From NCBI GenBank assembly GCA_951406725.2, contig OX597814.1:51460001-51524000 (forward strand): a DNA stretch of 64,000 nt. Direction: 5' to 3'. The stretch is from Octopus vulgaris. Taxonomy: Eukaryota. The position numbers and the translations under genes were made by a program. The notes below the pieces were generated by a model. The model was not told the origin of the DNA. It was given only the letters and a program-made list of their open reading frames with translations, and did not search any database. Below are positions 51,601 through 60,480 of this stretch, piece after piece (the first letter of the stretch is position 1; every line of letters starts with the position of its first letter).

Positions 51601-53154
51601 TTGTACAACTTTAGGTAAATGCTCTGGTTCAATGTATTCAAATGGAAGTTCTTGGAATACCTCTTGTGCCCCCTACAAAAACAAAACATGAAGCAGAAAA
51701 TAATTAGTTATCTCTTTGTACAAAAAATACTCAAGAGTTACAGTAAGATAAGTTGACAGGGTACTTTCTGTGTGATAAGTTGTGTGATGGGTCATTGACA
51801 AATATGCTTAACTTTTAGAGGCCCAATCCACATAGTTTTAGATTTACATCATGGGGAGGTACATTTCCCTACTATGAACCAAAAAATGTATAACTTGAAC
51901 TCATAAAATTGCATGCAACAAATCCTGCAATAATTCTGGAGAGGAAACTAGTGACATTCTGCATCATTAAAAATGCAATATAAATAGCTCAAACAGTGGA
52001 ATATGTTTTAAGCCTAGAGAAACCTAACAGAGAAAGGGTAAAAATAAATTCTTAACATCAGGACACACACAAGTGAAAATTAAAAATATCACGCCTGCAT
52101 ATTCTCTAACCCTAAATCTAAAATAGATTGAAACGCAATAAATCGATACTAGGGCCATAATTATGGGTGACATTTTCATTTGACACTGCTAGAAAAAAAT
52201 CCCATTTTCCGTAGCGGTGTCATATGAAATTGTCACCCATAATTATAACCCTAGTATCAGTCTATTGCATTTCAATCTATTTTAGATTTAGGGTTAGAGT
52301 TAGGGGTGGGGGAAGGGTATCTTTTTTCTTCACAAATGTAAATAAACCCAATCTGTTTCTTAAAGGAGGGACATATTCATTATGCACAGAATGTTATTTA
52401 CCTAAATGGACTCCAGTCATTGGTTAAAATTGCCGAAATGCAAGTAATTTCAGACGAAATATCTTACAAACTATAGAATTTTCTCAATAAAGCCAAGAGA
52501 AAATGATGTTTTATAAACACATTCTACCAGTATATGAAGTTTAAAACTTTTTAGTTACCTAGAAATTATGTTACAAAGTGCCATTCAAAAGGAAAAGATC
52601 CCAAAACTTATTTGTAGAGTAACATTTGTAGAAGAGAGAATCAGTCTCAGTATATTGCAGGTGCAATTTTATTAAATATAATAATAACAACAATAATGTT
52701 CAAATTTGAACATTAATCTTCATTTAATGTCCACTTTCCATGCTGGCATGGGTTAGACAGTTTGACTGGAACTAGTAAGCCGGAAAGCTGCACCAGGTTC
52801 CAGTATGATTTGGTATGGTTTCTATGGCTGGATGTCCTTTCTAACACCAACTACTCTGAGAGTGTAATGGGTGCTTTTTAATGTTCCACTAGCATGGGTG
52901 CCATTTACATGACACTAGCATGATAGATCACTGTTCTAGTGAGACGAAACGATAAATAAAGTTTATATTTGTCATCTATAATTCATAATGTAATGAAAGC
53001 AACATACCTGAGATACATTTCCAGATCCTGTGAAAATAAAAGTAAGTGGACCAATTGATTTAGGCATTCTACCTAGGGCTATTTCATAACCAGCATCTCG
53101 AATAGCTTGGAGGGCCATCTGACTGCTTCGGTAATTGTGGCTTGCTCCTATATG
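4284..53154 (-). CDS. AASS: Alpha-aminoadipic semialdehyde synthase (LKR/SDH), 5'-partial spliced gene: 19 exons in window, 751 aa + stop
   Basis: Manually joined exons all have GT..AG ends and matching phases. The translation contains LKR motifs ([33 protein letters not shown]) and SDH motifs ([68 protein letters not shown]). The upstream exon ending ...HHTPFM was not found in 53155-64000. Confidence 0.97.
6094..6270 (-). CDS. AASS: AASS exon, 177 nt: (Q)[58 protein letters not shown]
   Basis: tttag acceptor, gtaagc donor, phase 1/1. Confidence 0.96.
6398..6486 (-). CDS. AASS: AASS exon, 89 nt: (D)[29 protein letters not shown]
   Basis: acttag acceptor, gtgagt donor, phase 2/1. Confidence 0.94.
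6850..7380 (+). mobile_element. Highly decayed LINE reverse-transcriptase fragment (CR1/L2/Jockey group)
   Basis: Frameshifted [20 protein letters not shown] (NYRPISLT-like) near 7020-7100 and a KAF..V remnant near 7260; boundaries approximate. Confidence 0.45.
7528..7643 (-). CDS. AASS: AASS exon, 116 nt: [38 protein letters not shown]
   Basis: tttcag acceptor, gtaagt donor, phase 0/2. Confidence 0.92.
8451..8546 (-). CDS. AASS: AASS exon, 96 nt: [32 protein letters not shown]
   Basis: ttctag acceptor, gtaagc donor, phase 0/0. Confidence 0.94.
8935..9612 (+). mobile_element. RTE-clade LINE fragment, internally deleted: RT 3' part and Cys-rich finger joined to the modular 3' UTR with (GAT)n tail
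   Basis: [47 protein letters not shown]-type peptide with frameshift; [17 protein letters not shown]; tail ...GGACGTTAAAC(GAT)n. Confidence 0.85.
11320..11487 (-). CDS. AASS: AASS exon, 168 nt: [56 protein letters not shown]
   Basis: ttccag acceptor, gtaggc donor, phase 0/0. Confidence 0.96.
11692..11755 (-). CDS. AASS: AASS exon, 64 nt: (S)[21 protein letters not shown]
   Basis: tttcag acceptor, gtaagt donor, phase 2/0. Confidence 0.95.
11801..12582 (+). mobile_element. 5'-truncated CR1-type LINE, young (ORF2 C-terminus open), (ATT)n tail
   Basis: ORF 11864..12427 with ERDLGV upstream, [38 protein letters not shown]. Confidence 0.92.
12581..12963 (+). mobile_element. Probable non-autonomous Helitron; its 5' TC terminus may be left at 11798-11800
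   Basis: Imperfect GC-rich hairpin 12936-12951, then CTAG (12960-12963) followed by T; body starts ATATAAAGCTGAAG; no TSD. Confidence 0.6.
13484..13560 (-). CDS. AASS: AASS exon, 77 nt: [25 protein letters not shown]
   Basis: ctacag acceptor, gtaagt donor, phase 0/2. Confidence 0.96.
13630..14487 (+). mobile_element. RTE 3'-UTR-derived element with an internal duplication and a ~62-bp tandem array, (GAT)n tail, set in (TA)n
   Basis: 13630-13797 repeats ~13940-14140; four near-identical units 14070-14320; family terminus 14320-14487. Confidence 0.88.
14488..14657. repeat. Compound (TA)n/(CA)n microsatellite
   Basis: Directly visible. Confidence 0.95.
14779..15140 (+). mobile_element. tRNA-derived SINE type A with tail (i); other copies ~32917-33265(+), ~41045-41420(+), ~24121-24430(-), head only ~8643-8810(+)
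   Basis: A-box-like TGG..GAGTGGT, B-box GGTTCAGTCCC, core CTTGGGCAAGTGTCTTCTACTATAGC, central (TG)n, tail CCAGCATGGCCACAGTC..TGAAACAAG. Confidence 0.85.
15332..15440 (-). CDS. AASS: AASS exon, 109 nt: (E)[36 protein letters not shown]
   Basis: ctttag acceptor, gtaagg donor, phase 2/0; GxDPGIDHM motif. Confidence 0.96.
15680..15865 (-). mobile_element. tRNA-derived SINE type B; decayed copies ~16545-16700, ~19620-20090, ~53925-54140
   Basis: Revcomp has head GAGCTGGCAGAAT.GTTAG, B-box GAGTTCAAATTC and AATAAGTACCAG..GGGTCGATGTAATC, matching the intact copy at 25396-25625. Confidence 0.8.
17700..18150 (+). mobile_element. R4/Dong-clade non-LTR retrotransposon remnant (C-terminal restriction-like endonuclease)
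   Basis: ORF 17778..18092: [12 protein letters not shown]....[39 protein letters not shown], a PD-(D/E)xK RLE signature; KIALL..THI remnant near 18095. Confidence 0.82.
18330..19378 (+). mobile_element. 5'-truncated RTE LINE (ORF C-terminus, 3' UTR, (GAT)n tail)
   Basis: [52 protein letters not shown], with stops. Confidence 0.9.
20254..20364 (-). CDS. AASS: AASS exon, 111 nt: (S)[36 protein letters not shown]
   Basis: tttcag acceptor, gttagt donor, phase 2/2; VTASY motif. Confidence 0.95.
20536..21055 (-). mobile_element. RTE 3'-UTR element with ~5 diverged modules; similar copies 26924-27338(+), 29847-30345(-), 63512-64000(-)
   Basis: (CAT)n start on + strand, family terminus, repeated GGTG.TTTTTACGTGC.ACC cores. 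Confidence 0.88.
21571..21700 (-). CDS. AASS: AASS exon, 130 nt: (A)[42 protein letters not shown]
   Basis: ttctgcag acceptor, gtaaga donor, phase 1/2. Confidence 0.92.
22649..22716. repeat. Perfect 33-bp tandem duplication
   Basis: CTTTAGCATAATGTTCACAAAACATATGATTGA occurs twice. Confidence 0.95.
24640..25190 (-). mobile_element. 5'-truncated CR1-type LINE, sister subfamily of 11801-12582
   Basis: ORF 24723..25250, C-terminal part: [30 protein letters not shown]; (ATT)n tail seen as (AAT)n at 24640-24673. Confidence 0.92.
25396..25625 (+). mobile_element. Full-length SINE type B nested in SINE A
   Basis: 13-bp TSD GGAATCTATAAGA at 25383-25395 and 25626-25638; A/B boxes; ends AATAAAGAAATA. 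Confidence 0.92.
25881..26065 (+). mobile_element. Short RTE 3'-end copy nested in SINE A
   Basis: 8-bp TSD ATGTGTGC at 25873-25880 and 26066-26073; (GAT)n tail. Confidence 0.9.
26297..26424 (-). CDS. AASS: AASS exon, 128 nt, start of SDH domain: (R)[42 protein letters not shown]
   Basis: Poly-T..gtctag acceptor, gtaaga donor, phase 2/1; Rossmann GAGYVS. Confidence 0.95.
30751..30850. other. Assembly gap (100 N) inside the intron 26425-36639
   Basis: Run of n. Flanking exons are in phase, so no exon need be hidden. Confidence 0.99.
33480..36598 (-). mobile_element. Decayed RTE LINE (RT domain to 3' UTR), split by a mariner
   Basis: Minus strand gives [50 protein letters not shown]; 3' UTR motifs at 33480-33720. 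Confidence 0.88.
33981..35236 (+). mobile_element. Full-length inactive mariner (DD34D) transposon, 1256 bp; transposase pseudogene 34135-35160
   Basis: 31-bp TIRs TTGGGTCATCCCATAAATAATGTAGTTTTTT (3 mismatches); TA TSD at 33979-80 and 35237-38; motifs [35 protein letters not shown]; several stops and frameshifts. Confidence 0.96.
36640..36710 (-). CDS. AASS: AASS exon, 71 nt: [23 protein letters not shown]
   Basis: ttacag acceptor, gtgaga donor, phase 0/2; VITSNGxL motif ending LKR. Confidence 0.93.
37260..37900 (-). mobile_element. RTE LINE 3' fragment; further decayed fragments ~42530-43365(-), ~43380-43690(+), ~43700-44050(-, endonuclease start), ~44170-45550(-)
   Basis: Similar to 18330-19378 and 60480-61628; e.g. 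[13 protein letters not shown] in ORF 45177..45443 and [18 protein letters not shown] in ORF 43754..44065. Confidence 0.8.
39560..40070 (-). mobile_element. Decayed LINE AP-endonuclease fragment
   Basis: Revcomp near 39690-39760 reads [15 protein letters not shown] (ILGDFNxH motif); GVCA*VNS near 39870-39895. Confidence 0.5.
40398..40457 (-). CDS. AASS: AASS exon, 60 nt: [20 protein letters not shown]
   Basis: T-rich caacag acceptor, gtaagt donor, phase 0/0; fits the xxSDAxxPxExxxxSPVV segment. Confidence 0.88.
47143..47254 (-). CDS. AASS: AASS exon, 112 nt: (S)[37 protein letters not shown]
   Basis: Weak tgttag acceptor, the only nearby one in phase with the upstream exon; gtttgt donor; phase 2/0. 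Confidence 0.92.
47890..48056 (-). mobile_element. Short RTE 3'-end copy; others ~185-350(-), 1185-1412(+), 9960-10057(+), 14658-14736(-), 29054-29215(+), 45699-45830(+), 52720-52922(-), 55751-55932(-), 58971-59245(-), 63150-63337(+)
   Basis: Shared terminus GGAAGGGCATCCAGCTGTAGAAAC...CCAACCCATGC(C/T)AGCATGGAAA..GGACGTTAAA.(GAT)n. Confidence 0.88.
48758..49032 (-). CDS. AASS: AASS exon, 275 nt: [14 protein letters not shown]...[37 protein letters not shown]
   Basis: Inside ORF 48754..49080; tttcag acceptor, gtaatt donor, phase 0/2. Confidence 0.96.
49686..49875 (+). mobile_element. Third tRNA-derived SINE type (decayed)
   Basis: A-box AGCTCAGTGGTTAGA, B-box-like GAGTTGATTCC, then GTGTTCTTGAGCAAAACACTT..TTGCTCCAGT typical of SINE cores; no intact cloverleaf. 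Confidence 0.65.
51010..51137 (-). CDS. AASS: AASS exon, 128 nt: (V)[42 protein letters not shown]
   Basis: ttacag acceptor, gtaagt donor, phase 1/0. Confidence 0.95.
51594..51672 (-). CDS. AASS: AASS exon, 79 nt: [26 protein letters not shown]
   Basis: ttgtag acceptor, gttagt donor, phase 0/1. Confidence 0.95.
52104..52601. repeat. Unclassified repeat with TTAGGG-like remnants; its left part is duplicated in inverted orientation (88-bp arms)
   Basis: Arms 52104-52191 and 52212-52299 differ at 9 of 88 positions; right end probably ...TTCAAAAGGAAAAGATCC. Confidence 0.75.
53008..53154 (-). CDS. AASS: AASS exon, 147 nt: [49 protein letters not shown]
   Basis: tttcag acceptor, gtatgt donor, phase 0/0; LKR nucleotide-binding GxGxVS motif. 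Confidence 0.95.
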
Positions 53155-55364
53155 CTGAAAGAGAAATCCAGCAAATCACTAGGCATTAATCTCATACAAA
53201 TGAATATATATTCACAAGAGAAATAAGAAATTTTTATAAACAAGTGAAGAAAGACAAAGACAGATACAGCAATTATTATCATTATCAATAAAACTACAAG
53301 GGGTGTGTGTGTGTGGGGGGAGTTAATTCTAATTACTACAATATGTTGTACCCCTGGACAAGGTATTTAACATTGCTTGTTACATGGATAAATAAGTTTT
53401 ATCTTTTTCTATAATTGAGTGGTTAGCAACGTAAAAAACATTAAATGTTAAAAGTGATTCAAAAAATGTATGCAAATGTTCAACCTTACAGAAGCTCTTT
53501 TAGCCATACTATCACTGAAAAATAAAGGTCAAAATAGTAATAAATTAGAAAAACTACAAATATCTTAAAATTCCTTCATCTACTTTCTTTGACAGTTAGA
53601 TGCAAAATTAAAAATTAGAAAAAAAAAATCAATTTAGCATGACAAATAACTGTAGGATGAGAATAGCAGTAGCAGAATGACACAGGTTAGCTGCAATGGA
53701 TCCTGATCAGTAAAAGGACAGACATTTTAGAAGAGGAATATAATTGATTAACTTGAATAATATGTGATGAAATTTATTCTAATGACCCTGAAAGAATGTA
53801 AAGTAATGTTGAATTCCTGCTGTTGTATAGCATTCAACACAGATAATACTAAATACTGTAGGGCTCTTGTGCTAAACCATTTTTGTCACTCCACTACTTT
53901 CAGAAATAGCAGTAATAATAATAATGGTTTCAAATTTTGGTACAGGGCCAGCAGTTTTTGAGGGAAGAGGGGAAGATAACTACATCCACCCTAGTACTTG
54001 ATGGTACTTATTTTATTAACCTCGAAAGGATGAGAGGCAGAGTTAACCTCAGCAGAATGTAAACTCAGAATGAAAAAAATGGATGAAATGCCACTGATCA
54101 TTTTGTGGTATACAAACAGTTCTGCCAGCTTACCACCTCAACAATAATAACAATTCTTTTACTATAGGTATTTCGTCCATCTTTACATTCTGAGTTCAAA
54201 TTCCATTGAGGTTAATAAATTTTAACAGAATGATTGTAAAGCAGTTGAATTAAGTAAGTTTAATTATAATTAAGTCCTTGATATGTCTGTTTTTTTATGA
54301 GACATTATTAATGATATGGCTTATGTTTAGCTCTGGTCTCAGTAATATTGGTTAGATAAGAAAAAAAAAGGGGGTGGGCTTCTGCTGAGTTTTGAGCCAT
54401 CACTCTCAGATTTCCCCAATTCAAGACCACAACCTAACATATTGCCATAAAATGCATTATCACCAAACCTCAACCAATCAGCATAACAATAGCTGTTGTG
54501 GTGAACTTCAAAGGATATGAGTAAGCTTTCTCACCAACTAGCCTGATTAAAGGTTCTGGAAAATTTGGCATATGGTTATAAAAAAGTGAAAAATTCAACC
54601 TCAGACTGGTGCCACTCAGCATTCCACACAAACCTATGCCATTTTGCTCAGTAAGTTGGTCTCTCACTGTCTTTCACTTTCCTAGCATGCTTACGTTGTG
54701 TTCAATAAAAAGTATTTTATAGGATATTAATAAACTGTTAAAGAATTGTCACAGATGAGTGAACAAAAGGTTGATTTCTTGAACAAAAGGGCTATAATGT
54801 GGGAGTCTGTTACTGGCACAGTGTTATATATTTAGAACAAACTATTTTTGCCTAATTATCCAGCAGCAAAATAGAAAAAGGAAATAGGCATTCATAGTGA
54901 AGACTGAGTAAGGATTCCAATAAAACTTATAGAGAAAATTATAGAGGAAATTCAACAAAATATATAGAGGAAATGCTCTAAAGAGAAGAAAAAAAATGAG
55001 AAAACCAGCAAAATCAACAAAATCAAGATTGATTTGTGTCAAAAATAAATAAGTAAATAAAAAATGTTATTAAGTTTGTATATTCAATATCAGGTGCAGT
55101 GGGGGTGATTTGTACGAGATGAAGAAAGGTTAGAGTGTGACAGAGAGACAGGAACAGGTGTCCTGCTATAGAGGAGATACATGGTTACCTGGTCAGAGAG
55201 AGAGAGATCAAAATTGAGGACAGAAACAGATGTGTTACTGTAGAGGAGATACAGGGTTAGCCAGTCGGAGTGAGAGAGCAAGAGAAAGAGAGAGACTGGA
55301 AGAGAGCAAGCGGGTGCAGGGGAGAGATGGGTAAAGAGCCAGGACATACTTACAAAGAACATTT

Positions 55365-56310
55365 GTCATTTAACATCTATTTTCCTTACCGGCAAGATTT
55401 GGATGGTTTGACAGGAGCTGGCAAGGCCGAAGCCATACCAGAGTCAATTGTGTTTTGGCATGGCTCCTACAGCTGGTTGCCCTTCCCAATGCCAACCACT
55501 TTTACAGAATGTACTTGGTGCTTTTTACATGGCACCAGCAAGACAAAAAACCCTCAACTGGGAGGGAGGGTTAGTACTGAGAGATAAGGTGGCTTTCTGC
55601 CAGTCGAAAGATTAAAGGTAGGGACAGAGATGGGTGCCTTGCTATAGGGTAGATACATGGATACCCCAGCTGGAAAAGAAAGGAGAATGAGTTAGAGAGT
55701 AAGATAAAGAGAGTGATAGTAAGAGAGATGGTGATGAAGATGTATCCAGACATCATCATCATCGTTTAACATCCGCTTTCCATGCTACCATGGGTTGGAC
55801 GGTTCAACTGGGGTATGGGAAGCCAGAAGGCTGCACCAGGCCCAGTCTGATCTGGCAGTGTTTCTACAGCTGGATGCCCTTCCTAATGCCAACCACTGTG
55901 AGTGTAGTGGGTGCTTTTTACATGCCACCGGCAAGAGAGGTTTATACTGGGTAAGTGGGCAGGACAGAGGTGACTGTAGCAAATGAAGAAGGGAAATATA
56001 GGAGAAGCTCAGGGGCAGGGGTTTGGGTGAGGGTATTGGAGGTGATAGCAGATAAGTGAGGTGTTAATGATGGAGAGCAGTACAGAAGAGAGAAGGCACA
56101 GAAAGAAGGTGATTGGTGAAGACAGTAGGCAGGGAAATATAATAGGAAATGGAAGTGGTTCGGGGAGAGGGAAGAAAGGTGACTGAAAAAGCAGGGATAT
56201 GTAGCATGTACCTATTCTGCTCTCAGGTGATAAAGAAGTGATGGATGCTAAGGGATGAAACATGTGGAGGGGGGATGTTTGATGGTGCAGAGGAAATGGA
56301 GGTGGGGATG
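55365..56310 (-). mobile_element. Long-3'-UTR RTE variant with strong strand purine bias, homologous to 44170-45130; contains nested copy 55751-55932
   Basis: Shared blocks GAGATACA.GGATACCCCAG.TG.AAAA and GAAATGGAAGTGGTTC.G..G.AGAGG..AG; related units at 55130-55270. Confidence 0.65.
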
Positions 56311-57562
56311 AGGCTAAACCAAAGTAGTTTTATTATATCAAGTCTCATATGTCCTTCTCCTTTGGCATTTATTTAATTTCATATATATACTCTGTACTCA
56401 AATTTTTATTCTGAAGCATATTTATATTGAGTTCTAACATCAGAGTATTATCACCATGTGAATAATACTAACATCTCTCTCTCTCACACACGCACATACA
56501 TATACATACCAGTATCCTATATATATATATATATAGGTAGGATATAACTCCCCAAAGGTCATCTTTAAAACACTAATTAGCAAGCAGTAACAAGAATAGT
56601 AGGATAAGAGAATGTAAAATTGCTTCATATTTATGAGGCTAAAAGTGCAAAAGATTACACAAAAATATCAACAACATCCATCCTTATCTGACAATGCATT
56701 TGCTTCATTTGCCATGAACTAAATTCAGACACGTTTCTGATAATTACATAATACACACAACAAGAGAAAGCAATATATGCTGAGTTCTCAGAATATTATA
56801 TTCAAGGGCAATGGTATTTCCAGAAGAAATGCCTCACAACATTTCTTCCCTACAAATATCCTAGTACAAAACTCAAAGGGATAAATTTCATTTTTCATTT
56901 CCACCCCATTAATAAAGTAAGCACTAAGAATACACCAGAGTTAATTTGGCAATACTCCAACCTTTAAAATAAGTTGGCGTTATGCCTTTTAAACATCAGT
57001 GATGGAACAAACAATAGTAGTGTGTTGGATTAAATGCATTACAGTTTCTAGTGATATCCTCCTCAATCCCAAGATAAAACAAATAGTTGTTATATTCAAG
57101 TTGATTCCATCTAACACTTCCCACCTCTACAAATCTAATGAGGTAAAATGAGTTTGAAACATGTCTATTGCTTATACCAGTTAGCCTTGAAGACTAGATC
57201 CACTCAAATCTGTATTATTAATACTATCTCAAAAATATCAATCAAAACTACAACTGGCAGTAATTTCTAAATTAGTAGTAAAATAAATTTCTTATACTGG
57301 TATAAGACACCATATTTCAAGAAAAAAGGAAACGAGACTGTGTTATGATCAAACTTCTCTTGTGGACATTAAATTTAAGGAGAGTTGATGATGTTTCATT
57401 AAAAGTAGTAATGTTGATGGTGGCAATAGGAGAGAGAGTGGGTATGTGAGAGAAAGAGGGAAATGATGTACAACTTCCCTGAACTAAAATTCCTGTGGCC
57501 AGCATAATGAACCAACTACTGAACACTATCATTTTTGTTTTATTTTTTGCTGTAATACATAC

Positions 57563-57612
<50 letters not shown>

Positions 57613-58454
57613 CAGTTTTCCCCAAAATTAAACATATCTAATATAATAAATGAGAAATGTCAGTGTGTCACACTTTTCAACTTAACTCCTAGAGGCCATA
57701 GCCCAACTTATACCATTTTGTAATCAGGCTGACTCCTTGAGTAAATTAAAAACATTCCAGGTCGAATCCAGACCTGCAATCCTGAAATTTTGGATTCCTA
57801 TGTTTTCATTACTGCAACTGCTTTCAGCGATATTTTTTACATGATTTTTAGCGATGAATATGATCATTGGGATATGAATCTGGAGGAAGCAATTGCAACA
57901 AATTCTCCAAAACAAATCAGAGATCTATTTGTAGATCTTCCCATTTGGGATTAGTTACTTAAAAGCCACATACTAGTGGCTTTTAAGCTAGCCTTGTATA
58001 CATTTAAAAACCCTACTCCCACCTCCAAAAGTCTGAATGGCTAAGTTTATCAACAAATACTTACAGAATCAAAAACTGACCATTTTTTCAGTATCATTTA
58101 TTTATTAATTAGCACAAAATAGTACAGAACCTATAGTGAACTCAGTCAGTGACTGAGACTTCAAATCTGATTCCTACCCACTCCCATTCATAGGTACCTC
58201 TGATCACATAAAGTCATGCAATTGGCTATTACACAATTAGTATTATTTGATAAATTTTGTGTCTCAAGCTTTCATGGCACTATTTTGCCATTCAAAACTG
58301 CAAAACAACACACAAAGGAGAACATTAAATGAAATTTAATCACTCAAATTCAAGGAAAATTAGTGCTGGTCTACATTGATAAGGTTGTTGCTTGTATCTT
58401 TAAAAAATGAATATCTACTATCTCATTTTACATTCCCTAAATGAGCTAATGAGG

Positions 58455-58660
58455 AAGCATCTGTGTTACCACCTGACCTGCCTGAAATAGCAGCCAATGC
58501 ACATTCATATCATACTCTACTTGCCTTCAAGAAAGAAAGGAAGGACATAGTGGATAATGTAGTCCTAAAAATGTAATGCCTATGAAAAAGGTAGGATGGT
58601 CATGACTGAAATGTCTGACCATACATTTGCTTGATTAGTTTGATACAATAACAACAACTG
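58455..58660 (+). repeat. Unclassified old interspersed repeat; copies ~2895-3050, ~5490-5660, ~13240-13410, ~29310-29470
   Basis: Recurring GAAATAGCAGCCAAAT...CTTA...GATGGTCA...TGGAATG...TGATCATAGG motif. Confidence 0.6.
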
Positions 58661-58827
58661 AAGATCACACTGGATAATGCAATCTTAGACACAGTATGTC
58701 TTAGAAAAAATGTGGTAGTCACAGATGGAATGGTTTAAATTATACGACGGACCACACAACTAATATACCTCACTTTAACTTTTTACTAATGTTATAATAT
58801 AATTTGAATACAAATTACATTCATTAA

Positions 58828-59318
58828 CCCTTTTGTTTCCACATTTCTGTTAAAATACACTGCCTTTATCACAGTTAATTTTGAAAATATCAAAGATTTT
58901 AAAAATAACTTTGTTAGTCATTATTAAGCTAGCAGAAATTAACAAGGAATTTTGAGAGATGGTTTTAATTTCATCATCATCATCATTTAGCGTCTGCTTT
59001 CCATGCTGGCATGGATTAGATGGTTTGACTGAAACTGGTAAGCTGGAGGACTGCACCAGATTCCAATCTGATTTGGCATGGTTTTGAGGGCTGGATGCCC
59101 TTCCTAACACCAACCACACAGAGTGTAATGGATGCTTTTTATGTGCCACCAGCACAGGTGCCAGCTATGTAACACCAGCATCAGCCAGAACAATGATTTC
59201 ACTTGGCTTAGCAAGTCTTCTCAAGCACTACATATTGCCAAGATCTTGGATAACTTTAAAATAGAAAATTAATATCAGAGAACCATAGATAGTCTCAGGT
59301 GGATTAGGATCAAAAGGG
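58828..59318. mobile_element. TTAA-target (piggyBac-like) MITE with a nested RTE 3' end
   Basis: TTAA|CCCTTTTG ... CAAAAGGG|TTAA (TTAA at 58824-27 and 59319-22); related one-ended copy 62249-62450. Confidence 0.82.
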
Positions 59319-59849
59319 TTAACATTTTTTTTTTCATTTCTGTTTCACAAGCTCCATTAATTTATCCATTCAATAAAGAACTAAAGACCAAGAAAGGTAG
59401 CAATGACCATTATTTCATTTGCTCTATATATATAAATATATTAGTTCATTTAATGTCAAACCTATGCCTGCATGGATTTGAGTGAAATCTGTTCGCAGCA
59501 GGATTTTACGGCTGGGCAATTTTCCTGTAGCCAACCCATACCTTATTTTGAGTAAGGGATTTTATATTCAACTCAAAATTATTGAGTGATAATAATATCA
59601 ACAAGGATTGTAAGCATCTTTCATGTATATTCACACACACACACACACAGATTTCCATCATCTTCCGTGTATGTGTGTGTTTATATCCTCTTGTCTTCAC
59701 ATAATGCTATATTTGTAAATGAGCATCATCGTCATACAAACAGTGTCACTCAATTCCAATCTTCTGTAAAAATGCCAAGCCATAGGGAAATATTACTTTG
59801 CTTGGAAACAGATGAAGGTTGGTGACTGGAAGGGCATTCACTCATAGTG

Positions 59850-60480
59850 ATCAAATCTTTAAATGATTACATGGCAAAAATTAAGCAATCGCCTAATGCA
59901 CATATCCTTGCAGACAAAACAAAGAACATTTATGAAACAAGCATTCCCACAAATACAAGAATCTTCACAAATATGATTACCAAGACATACAGAAAACTTG
60001 CACCTCCACATTCAATGACATAAATACAGAGGCAAAAAAAGCTAGCTATCCGCCTTAATATAGAGGATCATGTTAACTGCTGCCCACCCCCATTTACACT
60101 TAAGGACCATAAACTGAATTTCCTCGCCAACCCTAAATGCAGGTTGATCAACCCCTCTAAAAGTGAAATAGGTATTGTCAGTAAATGCATTTTTGATACT
60201 ATCAACTCTGACATTGGAAGGGCTACAGGGTTGATTCAATGAGATTCCAGTGCAACTATGATTGACTGGTTCTGCAGTATCAAGAATAAATCAGCCTGCA
60301 GATTCAGAGTTTGACATCATAGACTTTTACTTTTCTATATTGAAACCCCTCCTGAAGGCTCTTAATTTTGCTAAGCATTTCACCAGTATAAGTGATCTCA
60401 ATGTCAGAATCATCATGAACACCAGAAAGACAATCCTGGTTCATGACAATTCCTTCTGGGTAAAGAAAGAGGGCCATCCA
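59850..60480 (+). mobile_element. Penelope-like element reverse-transcriptase fragment (frameshifted)
   Basis: ILADKTKNIYE..MITKTYRK / INTEAKK / TLKDHKLNFLANPKCRLINPSKSEIGIVSKCIFDTIN..IQ*..DWF / FDIIDFYFSI..ALNFA..IIMNTRKTILVHDNSFWVKK. Confidence 0.8.

Noticed and set aside
52286-52310. TTAGGG-like units as an interstitial telomere
   Set aside because: Only about three degenerate units, inside an interspersed repeat.
60240-60242. In-frame TGA in the Penelope-like fragment as possible selenocysteine
   Set aside because: It sits at the expected Trp of the QW motif (TGG>TGA) in a copy with several frameshifts, so it is ordinary decay.
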